Of a stretch of DNA of 64,000 bases, positions 1 through 8,637 are shown piece by piece. The notes under the pieces are model-generated. The model worked only from the letters and a program-made list of their open reading frames with translations, searched no databases and was not told where the DNA came from. The position numbers and the translations under genes are program-made. This DNA is from Candidatus Melainabacteria bacterium 17Bon1m (lineage in GTDB: Bacteria; Cyanobacteriota; Vampirovibrionia; Obscuribacterales; Obscuribacteraceae): positions 192,001 to 256,000 of the forward strand of contig JAVLKG010000007.1 in assembly GCA_032128875.1 (NCBI GenBank). The letters run 5' to 3'. Position 1 is the first letter of the stretch. Each line of letters starts with the position of its first letter.

Positions 1-1
1 T

Positions 2-655
2 CAGGTGTGGATGATCGACCACAACTACAATCTCTGGGGCCGCGCGATTGCGACTCTGGAGGATCCGGAAGTGCGCAAGTACTGCACGGCGATCGCGTGG
101 CACGGCTACGTGGGCGATGCTCATCGCATGTCGACTGTGCACGACGCTTTCCCGTCAGTCGACTGCTACTGGACCGAAGGCGGTCCGGACGTGACGAACA
201 AGGACTACGGCACCGACTGGTCGAAGTGGTCTCGCACGTTCACCGGCAATCTGCGCAACTGGTGCCGCGGCATCACTGCGTGGAACTTCGCGCTCGACCA
301 CGAAGGCAAGCCGAACATCGGTCCCTTCCCGTGCGGTGGTCTCGTGACCATTCACGGCGACACGAAGGAAATTACGCCGAGCGGTCAGTACTTCGCGATT
401 GCGCAGTTCTCCAAGTTCGTGAAGCGCGATGCCGTTCGCATCGGGTCTGAAGGCGCTGCCAAAGACCTGGAGCACGTTGCGTTCGAAAACCCGATTGCCG
501 TTGATATGTTCGGCAAGAAGGTCACGGACAAGAGCGAGAAAGTGCTCGTCATCACCAACAGCGGTCCGACCCGGATTGTCGAGGTGAAGATGGGCGACCG
601 CATCACCTCGATTCCGCTGGAAGGCGACTCGGTCACTACGCTGCGCTTCGAGTAA
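2..655 (+). CDS. Glycoside hydrolase family 30 (glucosylceramidase/beta-1,6-glucanase-like), 5' truncated by window edge
   Basis: DHNY, AWHGY, WTEGG nucleophile region, WNFALD..GKPN, FSKFV and C-terminal beta-domain (VAFENP...VLVITN...SVTTL). Confidence 0.8.
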   Translation, partial: QVWMIDHNYNLWGRAIATLEDPEVRKYCTAIAWHGYVGDAHRMSTVHDAFPSVDCYWTEGGPDVTNKDYGTDWSKWSRTFTGNLRNWCRGITAWNFALDHEGKPNIGPFPCGGLVTIHGDTKEITPSGQYFAIAQFSKFVKRDAVRIGSEGAAKDLEHVAFENPIAVDMFGKKVTDKSEKVLVITNSGPTRIVEVKMGDRITSIPLEGDSVTTLRFE

Positions 656-663
656 TCGGAGCA

Positions 664-699
664 GGTAGCGTCGGCGGGCGGTATTTATGCCGCCCCTAC
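664..699. repeat. REP-like palindrome (GTAG...GGGCGG TATTTA TGCCGCCCCTAC)
   Basis: GC-rich imperfect palindrome ending CCCCTAC just after the GH30 stop. Confidence 0.5.
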
Positions 700-937
700 A
701 CGATCACGAAACGATTTAACTGTTGACCGTGTGTCTGGCATAGTGCCACCACACGGTTTGTTTCAATACGCACGGTCGTCGTTTGACGGCTAAATTCACC
801 CAGGGATCGAAAACGGCATCGCGAGGCAATTGGAATGCGTTCCTGTGTGAGCGCTATTGCAATTCCTCGCGTGCATCGGCGGCGCTTACCCGCCGGTGTC
901 CGTCAGCCGTTTTCGCTCTCCAACTGGAACTAGGGTC

Positions 938-2647
938 ATGAAAAATGCCCTCACCTCTCTACCCTGGAAGCGGTTATACAGAATAGGAAAACCCTTTTGG
1001 GTCTCGGAGAAGCGGACCTCAGCAATCCTGCACCTCGTGGCTGTGCTTGGTCTTCTCTCTGCGAACGCGTGGGTAATGGTGTACATGAACTCGACTGCCG
1101 GTCACTTTATGACCGCCATCGAGCAGCGCAATGACGCTGATTTTCGCCATTACCTGATGATGTCAGCTTTGCTGATTCTTGCCGTGACACCGTTGCAGGT
1201 GTTCTACGGCTACTTGCGCACGCGATTGGCGTTGATGTGGCGAACCTGGCTTTCCTCAAGCCTTTTCGCCGGCTACTTCGCCAACAATGCGTACTACAAG
1301 TTGCTGCGCAACAAGGATGTGGACAATCCAGATCAACGCATGACGCAGGACGTTGACTCGTTCTGCAACTCGTCGGTAGGTTTGTTCATCTCCATTCTCG
1401 ACTCTGTCGTCAACGTGACCATGATGTTCGGCGTGCTCTGGGCTATTAGTCCGATGCTCACCGGCGGCGTGATCGCGTACTCCATAATCGGCTCGCTGAT
1501 TGTGGTTTGGATTGGTCGCGCGTTGGTGCGGCTGCAGTTTCAACAGTCTAAGACCGAAGCCGACTTGCGCTTCGGTCTTGCCGAAGTGCGTCGAGAAGCT
1601 GAGGCAATCGCCTTCTACCGTGGTGAGCAAATCGCTCGAACTCAGTCGAACGGTCGGCTGGGCAAAGTAATTGCTACGTTGCTCGAAGTTGCCGGTGTTT
1701 ACCGCAACATCCAGCTGTTCACCACGCCTTACAACATGCTCGTCGGGCTCATCCCCGCCGCCATCATGGCTCCGATTTATTTCCAGCACGAGATTTCCTT
1801 CGGCACCATCACAATGGCGACGATGGCTTTCGGTGCGATATTTAACGGAGCGACTCTGCTCATCGGGCAGTTCGGTGGCATTACCAACTACACCGCAGTA
1901 ATCAATCGCCTCGGCTCGTTCATCGAATCGCTCGATGCAGCAGGTGTAGAGCAGCTTCCGCCCGGCAAGTACATCGAGGTACACGACGGTGACACCATCA
2001 CCTTCGATAAAGCGACCGTGATGACGCCGGATCTGGCAAAGCTACTGGTCTATGAGCTCTCTGTGAGCGTTCCGCCCGGACACAGCCTGCTGGTTACGGG
2101 TCCTGACGGTGCGGGAAAAACTGCGCTCTTGCGCGTCATCGCTGGCATGTGGAATGCTGGTTCTGGGAGGCTGATTCGTCCGCCAACCGAGCATCTGATG
2201 TTCCTCACGCAAAATCCGTACTTGCCGCCGACCACTCTGCGCGAAGCGATTTGTTATCCGGGCATCGATCTTTGCCCTGATGACGAGCGCATCATGCAGG
2301 TTTTGCGCATGGTCAATCTCAACGACCTTGCTCAGCGCTCTGGTGGATTGGATACCGTGCAAAATTGGCACGACATGCTGTCTCTTAGCGAGCAGCAGCG
2401 CTTGTGCATTGCGCGGATCATCCAGCAAAACCCGAAGTATGTGGTCATAGACGAAGCAACGTCTGCGCTCGAGCCGGAAGCAGAACACTTGTTTTACACG
2501 CTTCTGCGCACGCTGGGCACGACGACCGTCAGCGCCGGGAATGGCGTTGCGCTCGCCAAGTACCACACGCAGATTCTTGAACTGGCTGGCGACGGCTCCT
2601 GGCGGACCTACCCGGCTTCGAACTACAAACCACGCGAATTCAAGTGA
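938..2647 (+). CDS. ABC transporter, fused permease/ATPase, ABCD/YddA (SbmA/BacA-like) family
   Basis: DNPDQR..DV motif, EAIAFYRGE loop, Walker A GPDGAGKT, signature LSLSEQQR, Walker B VIDEATSAL; ATG 938 chosen over the longer ORF start. Confidence 0.85.
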   Translation: MKNALTSLPWKRLYRIGKPFWVSEKRTSAILHLVAVLGLLSANAWVMVYMNSTAGHFMTAIEQRNDADFRHYLMMSALLILAVTPLQVFYGYLRTRLALMWRTWLSSSLFAGYFANNAYYKLLRNKDVDNPDQRMTQDVDSFCNSSVGLFISILDSVVNVTMMFGVLWAISPMLTGGVIAYSIIGSLIVVWIGRALVRLQFQQSKTEADLRFGLAEVRREAEAIAFYRGEQIARTQSNGRLGKVIATLLEVAGVYRNIQLFTTPYNMLVGLIPAAIMAPIYFQHEISFGTITMATMAFGAIFNGATLLIGQFGGITNYTAVINRLGSFIESLDAAGVEQLPPGKYIEVHDGDTITFDKATVMTPDLAKLLVYELSVSVPPGHSLLVTGPDGAGKTALLRVIAGMWNAGSGRLIRPPTEHLMFLTQNPYLPPTTLREAICYPGIDLCPDDERIMQVLRMVNLNDLAQRSGGLDTVQNWHDMLSLSEQQRLCIARIIQQNPKYVVIDEATSALEPEAEHLFYTLLRTLGTTTVSAGNGVALAKYHTQILELAGDGSWRTYPASNYKPREFK

Positions 2648-2658
2648 GGAGGCAACAC

Positions 2659-4212
2659 ATGATTCGCACCATACGTGAAGTCATGAGTTATCTCCGTTCG
2701 CTGGCTTGTAAAATCTTTGACTGTGGCAGTGTGCGAAACACCGGGAGCTCGCAAGAAACTCCCGAGAGTGATTCGCAGAATACTGCCGACAATCAGGGAC
2801 AAGTGGAGCCCAGCAATCAGAGTGAGCGCGTAGTGTCAAAAGAAGCGGTGCAAACAACTGCGCCAGAACCGCAGAAAAACGATGACGATTTCGTCTTCCC
2901 GAAAGACTTTGTCTGGGGCACCGGGACTTCCTCCTATCAGGTCGAAGGCGCTTGGAACGTCGATGGAAAGGGCGAATCCATTTGGGATCGCTTCAGCCAT
3001 ACTCCCGGCAAAGTGAAAAACGGGGACACGGGCGACGTCGCCTGCGACCACTACAATCGCTTTGCGGAGGACATTCTTCTGGCGAAGCGGCTGAATCTGA
3101 ACAGCTATCGCTTCTCCATCGCCTGGCCGCGTTTGCAACCAAACGGTCGCGGTGAGTTCAATCAACACGGGTTGGATTTTTACGACCGCATTGTCGACGC
3201 CTGCTTGCAGAATGGCATCACGCCGTTCATCACCCTGTACCACTGGGATTTGCCGCAGGCGCTTGAAGATGAGGGTGGATGGGGAAATCGCGAAGTGTGC
3301 GAGCTTTTCGCCGCCTACGCTGCTAAGTGCGTGGAGCGCTACGGCGACCGCGTTAAGCACTGGACCACTTTCAACGAGCCGTGGTGCACGTCGTATCTCG
3401 GCTACGAGAACGGCTACCACGCGCCCGGCAAGAAGGACCCGAAGCTGGCTGCACAAGTCGCCCACAACCTGCTTGTCGCTCACGGATTGGCTGCTCAGGC
3501 GATGCGAGAATCTGCTAATAAGGCGAAGAAACCAATCGAGGTGGGCATCGTGCTCAACCTTTCCATCACCGAACCGTTCCATGCGGACGACCCGGAAGAT
3601 GTGAAACTGGCGGAAGCGGCTTGGCGACGAGATTGCGGAGCCTATCTCGACCCGTTGTATCGAGGCACGTATCCGGCTGATCACGCGGCGAAGATTGGTG
3701 ACCTGCGCGAAGGCGACCTGAAGATCATCAGCCAGAAGCTGGATTTCCTCGGGATCAACTTCTACTCGCGCGGCATCGCTTGCAAGAGCGAATTGCCGTA
3801 TCCGATTCCCGGCTCGACGTATACGGCGATGGGTTGGGAAGTGTCGCCCTGGGCGCTGCGCGGTCTTCTGACGCGCATCTACAACGAGTACGGGCATCCA
3901 ACACTGTACGTGACGGAGAATGGCGCGTCTTTCGACGACGTCATCGACGGCGAAACAGTCGCAGACACGAAGCGTCTCGACTACATTCGCGAGCACGTGC
4001 GGCAAGTCGCGCTTACCATCAAGTCCGGCGTGCCCATTCAGGGCTACTTCGCCTGGTCTTTGATGGACAATTTCGAATGGGCTGAGGGTTACTCTCGGCG
4101 CTTCGGCATTGTCTACGTCGACTTCGAGACCCAGAAGCGCACAATCAAAGACAGTGGTTACTGGTTTGCCAATGCGGCAAAGCAGAACCGCGTGTCATTG
4201 ACGAAGGCGTAA
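2659..4212 (+). CDS. Beta-glucosidase, glycoside hydrolase family 1, with polar N-terminal extension
   Basis: FPKDFVWGTGTSSYQVEGA, TFNEP and VTENG catalytic motifs, WSLMDNFEW; AGGAGG RBS before ATG 2659. Confidence 0.93.
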   Translation: MIRTIREVMSYLRSLACKIFDCGSVRNTGSSQETPESDSQNTADNQGQVEPSNQSERVVSKEAVQTTAPEPQKNDDDFVFPKDFVWGTGTSSYQVEGAWNVDGKGESIWDRFSHTPGKVKNGDTGDVACDHYNRFAEDILLAKRLNLNSYRFSIAWPRLQPNGRGEFNQHGLDFYDRIVDACLQNGITPFITLYHWDLPQALEDEGGWGNREVCELFAAYAAKCVERYGDRVKHWTTFNEPWCTSYLGYENGYHAPGKKDPKLAAQVAHNLLVAHGLAAQAMRESANKAKKPIEVGIVLNLSITEPFHADDPEDVKLAEAAWRRDCGAYLDPLYRGTYPADHAAKIGDLREGDLKIISQKLDFLGINFYSRGIACKSELPYPIPGSTYTAMGWEVSPWALRGLLTRIYNEYGHPTLYVTENGASFDDVIDGETVADTKRLDYIREHVRQVALTIKSGVPIQGYFAWSLMDNFEWAEGYSRRFGIVYVDFETQKRTIKDSGYWFANAAKQNRVSLTKA

Positions 4213-4215
4213 CCA

Positions 4216-4327
4216 GCGTGGGGGTGCGTTGCACGCGCCCTTTTCTGTAGGGTCGACGCCGTGCGTCGACCGGCCTGGGAGCGCCGGCTTTCTCAACCCC
4301 CTGGGAGCACGGGCGGTTCGCCCGCTT
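4216..4327. repeat. Cluster of REP-like GC palindromes after the GH1 gene
   Basis: GGGGGTGCGTTGCACGCGCCC, GTAGGGTCGACGCCGTGCGTCGACC and two CCTGGGAGC-headed units. Confidence 0.45.
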
Positions 4328-4508
4328 TTCCAAACCAAACTGCGATGCGTTCGCTGCGCATTACTATTGGAGTTGGCGGCAGCAGTGTATCGGTTTCGAC
4401 CGGTAGCTGCGGCCGCTTCTCCAATTTCTTATCCCTGTACTTCATCGCCTCGTTGCGGTGAATTGAAAAACGCGCAAGATGTGTCAAACGTTATGAAAGG
4501 CACACACC

Positions 4509-4646
4509 ATGAGACAATACATCATCATCGCTGTGAAACTTCTGGCAATCTTTGTCGCCATCGTAGGTACCTTTTGGTTGGTCAATCCGCCAAAGAATGG
4601 ACCCATTATCAGCGGCATTGAAAGCCAATCTCCTACCGAAAAGTGA
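4509..4646 (+). CDS. Small single-pass membrane protein (45 aa), not in ORF track
   Basis: MRQYIIIAVKLLAIFVAIVGTFWLVNPPKNGPIISGIESQSPTEK*, GAAAGG upstream. Confidence 0.55.
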   Translation: MRQYIIIAVKLLAIFVAIVGTFWLVNPPKNGPIISGIESQSPTEK

Positions 4647-4781
4647 CCGACCCAATTCCGATCGACTTCACATCAAACATCCGACGATCTGAGCGCGAAT
4701 GCTCAGAACGCCGATTTCTTTCGTTTTTGAAACCAATATACTATAAGATGCCGTAACGCTAGGGCATGGCGCTAATGTGGT

Positions 4782-6563
4782 ATGTCTAATCCGAATCAGT
4801 TTTGCGTTCTGCGGTCTATTTCGAGAAACTCTGTGAAAAAAAGAACTAGGAAAATTGCGAATCTTGTTCGTTGCGGTGCAGAGTTTGTGGCTTGTTTTTT
4901 GACCGTTTACTTTGCGGGTGGACCATGCGCCGCGCGTGACATGATGGGAGTTTTTGATTTCCAAAATAAGGCTGTAATTTCATGCACGTATAAGAACATT
5001 CAGTACATTGGTTGTGGTATTTACCTCTGTGAAGGATTTGAAAACGGTCCGGGCGCCAAGCGAGATAAACTGAATTTCGTCCCCTTTTCTGCGTTACCGG
5101 AGTCAGTGCGGACTGAAGCAGAACGTTTCGGTTCAAAAGCTCCGAAGACTGTTCGAGACAAGTACGGAAACTTAGTTAAGGTCAACTTGCCACGAGAGAC
5201 AGCTTTGATCGACGTCTTTATTCCCGAGAGAACTAGATTTGCTTATCTCCGCGACCAGAATAAGGCGATACAAGCGGGTTTGCCTCAAGATGCATTCTTT
5301 GCTATTGCAGGTGTCTCCGGAATAGGAGTGTGTGACGTTCAAGGAAATCTTCTAGTTGAACCGAAGTATCCTTCTCTCGTTATCGGTGGCGCTGATTCTG
5401 GCAAGGTATCTGGGATGGAGTGGGATGAAGCGAAGAAAAAACTTGTACAAGTTCAAGTTTCTTTTCCTTTGAATAAGGTCATTGGTGTCAGTAATGCCGC
5501 GAAGAAACCACCACAGCAACCAGAATCTGCGAAGAAGCTTTATGAGGGCCTGACCGCGTTCCGAAGTCCCGATGGACTGTATGGCTATGAGAATGAGAAA
5601 GGAGACATTGTCATTCCAGCTAAGTATTTTTCGGCAGGACATTTTTCGGGCGGCGTCGCTGCTGTCAGGCTAAATCCGTGGCAAGGGCCTGAGAAAGGGC
5701 AGCACTGTTTCATCGACAAGACAGGCAAGATTGCGTCACCTATTTTTTGGAGAATATGGGGCTTTTATGGGGACTATGCGCTTGTTTGCGAAAGAGGTGG
5801 AGAGCCTTCATTAAGGGGGCAATATCGTCGGGATAATTACGGAATTATTGATAGAAACTACGAGTATGTCGTGCCATTGGCACCGCAAACAATCAAATAC
5901 CTTCCAGATGGATATTGGGCAATTGGCAACGGCGGTGGTCCAACAGTTATTTTGGATCGGCATCTCAAAGAGATTTTTCGCACTCCTGAACGCGCAAGTT
6001 TGTGCAATGAATCTGGAGACACTCATATATTCATGACCACTGGTGCTGGCAAGAGAAAGCTGCTTTATTACGACAAGGACTGGAAACTGGTAAATGAAGT
6101 TGAAGGTGACCCAGGCCAACGTAGTTCGCAACCATCAATAATCACTAAGGGTCTTACTTTCGGATATGAAGTGCAAAGTGCTGTTGTAGACGAGAAGGGC
6201 AACTTTTCAATTCCCTACGAAAACGCAAAGTTTTTGTACGCAGAGTCAGATCGTTTCATCAAAACAGAATTCGGCACTACCTTTGTGAAGGAAGACTGGG
6301 ATATTCCAAATCGCGGTCGCTCGCGCGAATTTCAGTTGTTCGTCAAACAGTACAAACTTGTAGGAATGAAGCGTCGTGAGGTTGAAAGTCTGCTGGGTCC
6401 AGGCAATTCCCGTAACGGTAATTCGAATGCGTATTACACGATTTCTGGGTTCGGTGCATCTTGCGGAAATGCAGTGACAAGCGTCGAAATTGAATACGAT
6501 AACGACGTTGTGTCACGCTGGCGATATAGAAATATTGGTAGTCGCAATGAGTGGAACCAGTGA
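4782..6563 (+). CDS. Exported WG-repeat protein with C-terminal SmpA/OmlA-like motif (start uncertain)
   Basis: YGYENEKGDIVIPAKYFSAGHFSGGVAAV WG-type repeat; VGMKRREVESLLG motif. Confidence 0.7.
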   Translation: MSNPNQFCVLRSISRNSVKKRTRKIANLVRCGAEFVACFLTVYFAGGPCAARDMMGVFDFQNKAVISCTYKNIQYIGCGIYLCEGFENGPGAKRDKLNFVPFSALPESVRTEAERFGSKAPKTVRDKYGNLVKVNLPRETALIDVFIPERTRFAYLRDQNKAIQAGLPQDAFFAIAGVSGIGVCDVQGNLLVEPKYPSLVIGGADSGKVSGMEWDEAKKKLVQVQVSFPLNKVIGVSNAAKKPPQQPESAKKLYEGLTAFRSPDGLYGYENEKGDIVIPAKYFSAGHFSGGVAAVRLNPWQGPEKGQHCFIDKTGKIASPIFWRIWGFYGDYALVCERGGEPSLRGQYRRDNYGIIDRNYEYVVPLAPQTIKYLPDGYWAIGNGGGPTVILDRHLKEIFRTPERASLCNESGDTHIFMTTGAGKRKLLYYDKDWKLVNEVEGDPGQRSSQPSIITKGLTFGYEVQSAVVDEKGNFSIPYENAKFLYAESDRFIKTEFGTTFVKEDWDIPNRGRSREFQLFVKQYKLVGMKRREVESLLGPGNSRNGNSNAYYTISGFGASCGNAVTSVEIEYDNDVVSRWRYRNIGSRNEWNQ

Positions 6564-8302
6564 TTTCGAAAATCCTTGCCTTGCTAACTTTGTTTTATTC
6601 GTTGTCTACACCAAGTGCAAAGGCGTTAGATAGAGTAGGTTTGATTGACTTTCGAGGCGACGAAGTCATTCCTTGTAGGTACAAAAGCGTCAAATATTTG
6701 AAACAAGGCTTCTATCTTGCCGAGGAATGGCCGGATGGCGCGTCCAATGCTATTTTGTCCGCGCTGAAAAGTGATTCTCTGTCGGACGCTTTCAACAGCA
6801 TTGAGAATCATGAGCTATTCGCTCCAAAAATTCTTCTTACTCGTAATGGAAAACGCGTACACGTACAGCTTCCCAAAGATGCATACTTAACGGATGTGAT
6901 GCTGCCTCCAACGGAATCGGACTATTTTCAAGGGACGGAATTACGAGCAGCCTATTCGAAAAATGCGCTCAGCTTGCCGAGCGACGCAGTTCTATTTTTT
7001 GTTTGCAGAAGTGGATTTGGCATCTGCGACGTAAGAGGACGTGTCTTTGAAGTCAAAAAGCCTTCTAATAAATGCGTCCTTTCGCTAGATGTTTATCCGG
7101 ATGCGCGTAGGTATGTTGATGATTACGTTGCCAGATTTGAATCGAAACGAGCGGAATGGCAGGTTCGCTATCAGAAGGAACTTGAGATAATTACTCGACA
7201 AAGAAAACTGCCTTACAGATCCGAAAGTGACACGGTTGTGCTCAATCTACGGAGGTTCTCGCGTGAGAAAGAGAGTTTCTCGCGCTTTGGCAAATTTGTT
7301 ATTACTAACGACTTAGGTCAAAAGATATCCCCTTCTCTGGAGTATGTTTCTGGGTTTTCCGATGGAATCAGTCTCGTTGCAACCAGAGAAAAATACTTTC
7401 CGGCGGGAACATCTCGATATCCTGGCGATGCTTATTTCATCGGAAAAGACGGTAAGCAGATTTCTTCAACATATGAAATGGCTGCACCTTTTCATGGAAA
7501 TTACGCTCTAGTCACACTGAAAGGGGCTGACAAAAAAGAGATAGGATTTGTAGATAGGCATTTCAACTACACTTTCTTGTGTTTCGGCGATAGACCCTAT
7601 TTTTATCGAAATGGTTGTTGGGTAATTATGGGAAGGAGCACACCAACAATAGTTCTAGACTCAAACTGCAAAAAACTATTCGAAACTCCAGAACCTGTGA
7701 CGTCTTTCGGGGATGTTCCGTTTTCGTTTCAGTCTACGAAGCTCGACAAATTGTATTTTTACAGTCGTTACGGTGAGCATTTTGCTGAAAAGTCAGGAGT
7801 ATCTGACTTTTGGACTGCACGTGAATTACCAGTTGTTTTGAGAACTGGAGGAGCTGAATGGGATGGGCTTCACGGCGTTCTTGGAAGAGATATGAGTTGG
7901 ATTGTGACGCCACAAAAGGCTAATTTTCAAATTACTGAAAGCGATCGAGCGGTAAAAATTGAATATGGAAAATTCAACAGAGAATGTTGGTTAAATCAGG
8001 ACGACTCGCGCTTGAGAGAGTTTTACGCATTCTTGCGTGAACATAAGCCGATCGGAATGACTAAAGTGCAGGTTGAAGCTTTACTAGGCTCTGGAAAAGC
8101 ACAGGAAGGCGATTCGCTTACTAGGCGCAATTTGGATATTCCACCTGATCCCCACGTTGTTTCCTATCAGCTGAACTGGTTTGGTGCTTGGTGCGCTAGT
8201 TCAACTTGGTTTGCAGAGTTTCGCTATGAGAATGAGACAGTCAAAGAATGGCGCATCTATAAACGAACTGACAGGGATGCCAGTTTTTGGATTCGCTCCT
8301 AG
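6551..8302 (+). CDS. Exported WG-repeat protein, paralog of 4782..6563
   Basis: Signal-like N-terminus, GLIDFRGDEVIPCRY, GFSDGISLV, IGMTKVQVEALLG; collinear similarity to the upstream gene. Confidence 0.7.
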   Translation: MEPVISKILALLTLFYSLSTPSAKALDRVGLIDFRGDEVIPCRYKSVKYLKQGFYLAEEWPDGASNAILSALKSDSLSDAFNSIENHELFAPKILLTRNGKRVHVQLPKDAYLTDVMLPPTESDYFQGTELRAAYSKNALSLPSDAVLFFVCRSGFGICDVRGRVFEVKKPSNKCVLSLDVYPDARRYVDDYVARFESKRAEWQVRYQKELEIITRQRKLPYRSESDTVVLNLRRFSREKESFSRFGKFVITNDLGQKISPSLEYVSGFSDGISLVATREKYFPAGTSRYPGDAYFIGKDGKQISSTYEMAAPFHGNYALVTLKGADKKEIGFVDRHFNYTFLCFGDRPYFYRNGCWVIMGRSTPTIVLDSNCKKLFETPEPVTSFGDVPFSFQSTKLDKLYFYSRYGEHFAEKSGVSDFWTARELPVVLRTGGAEWDGLHGVLGRDMSWIVTPQKANFQITESDRAVKIEYGKFNRECWLNQDDSRLREFYAFLREHKPIGMTKVQVEALLGSGKAQEGDSLTRRNLDIPPDPHVVSYQLNWFGAWCASSTWFAEFRYENETVKEWRIYKRTDRDASFWIRS

Positions 8303-8313
8303 TAAGCTCGATT

Positions 8314-8625
8314 CTATCGATCTGCAACGCGATGTGCTGGTGCTGTGTAGTAATGCGATTCAATGTTGCTTGCATCAATTGGCATCAACATTAGCATTGT
8401 GTCTTTCCCAATACGTGCTGGTTGAGCGGTTGATGCAAGCGGAGCAGTCAGGAATATACGCGTTTCCTGGCTTTCCACGTACTGAGGAAACAGCATGTGC
8501 CAAACGCCATTCATGCCGCGTGCGGCAGGAATGCAAGCCATTCCTCCGAGGATTGAGCAAACGATGCAAACCGCTGCGACTATTGTGAGACTGCCTTTTG
8601 TTTTCAGTTCTTTCATCGTGCGCAC
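8314..8625 (-). CDS. Small hypothetical membrane-anchored protein
   Basis: 103-aa ORF 12 bp downstream of 8638..11475, hydrophobic N-terminal stretch. Confidence 0.45.
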   Translation of the reverse strand: MRTMKELKTKGSLTIVAAVCIVCSILGGMACIPAARGMNGVWHMLFPQYVESQETRIFLTAPLASTAQPARIGKDTMLMLMPIDASNIESHYYTAPAHRVADR

Positions 8626-8637
8626 TCCGAATGCCGC

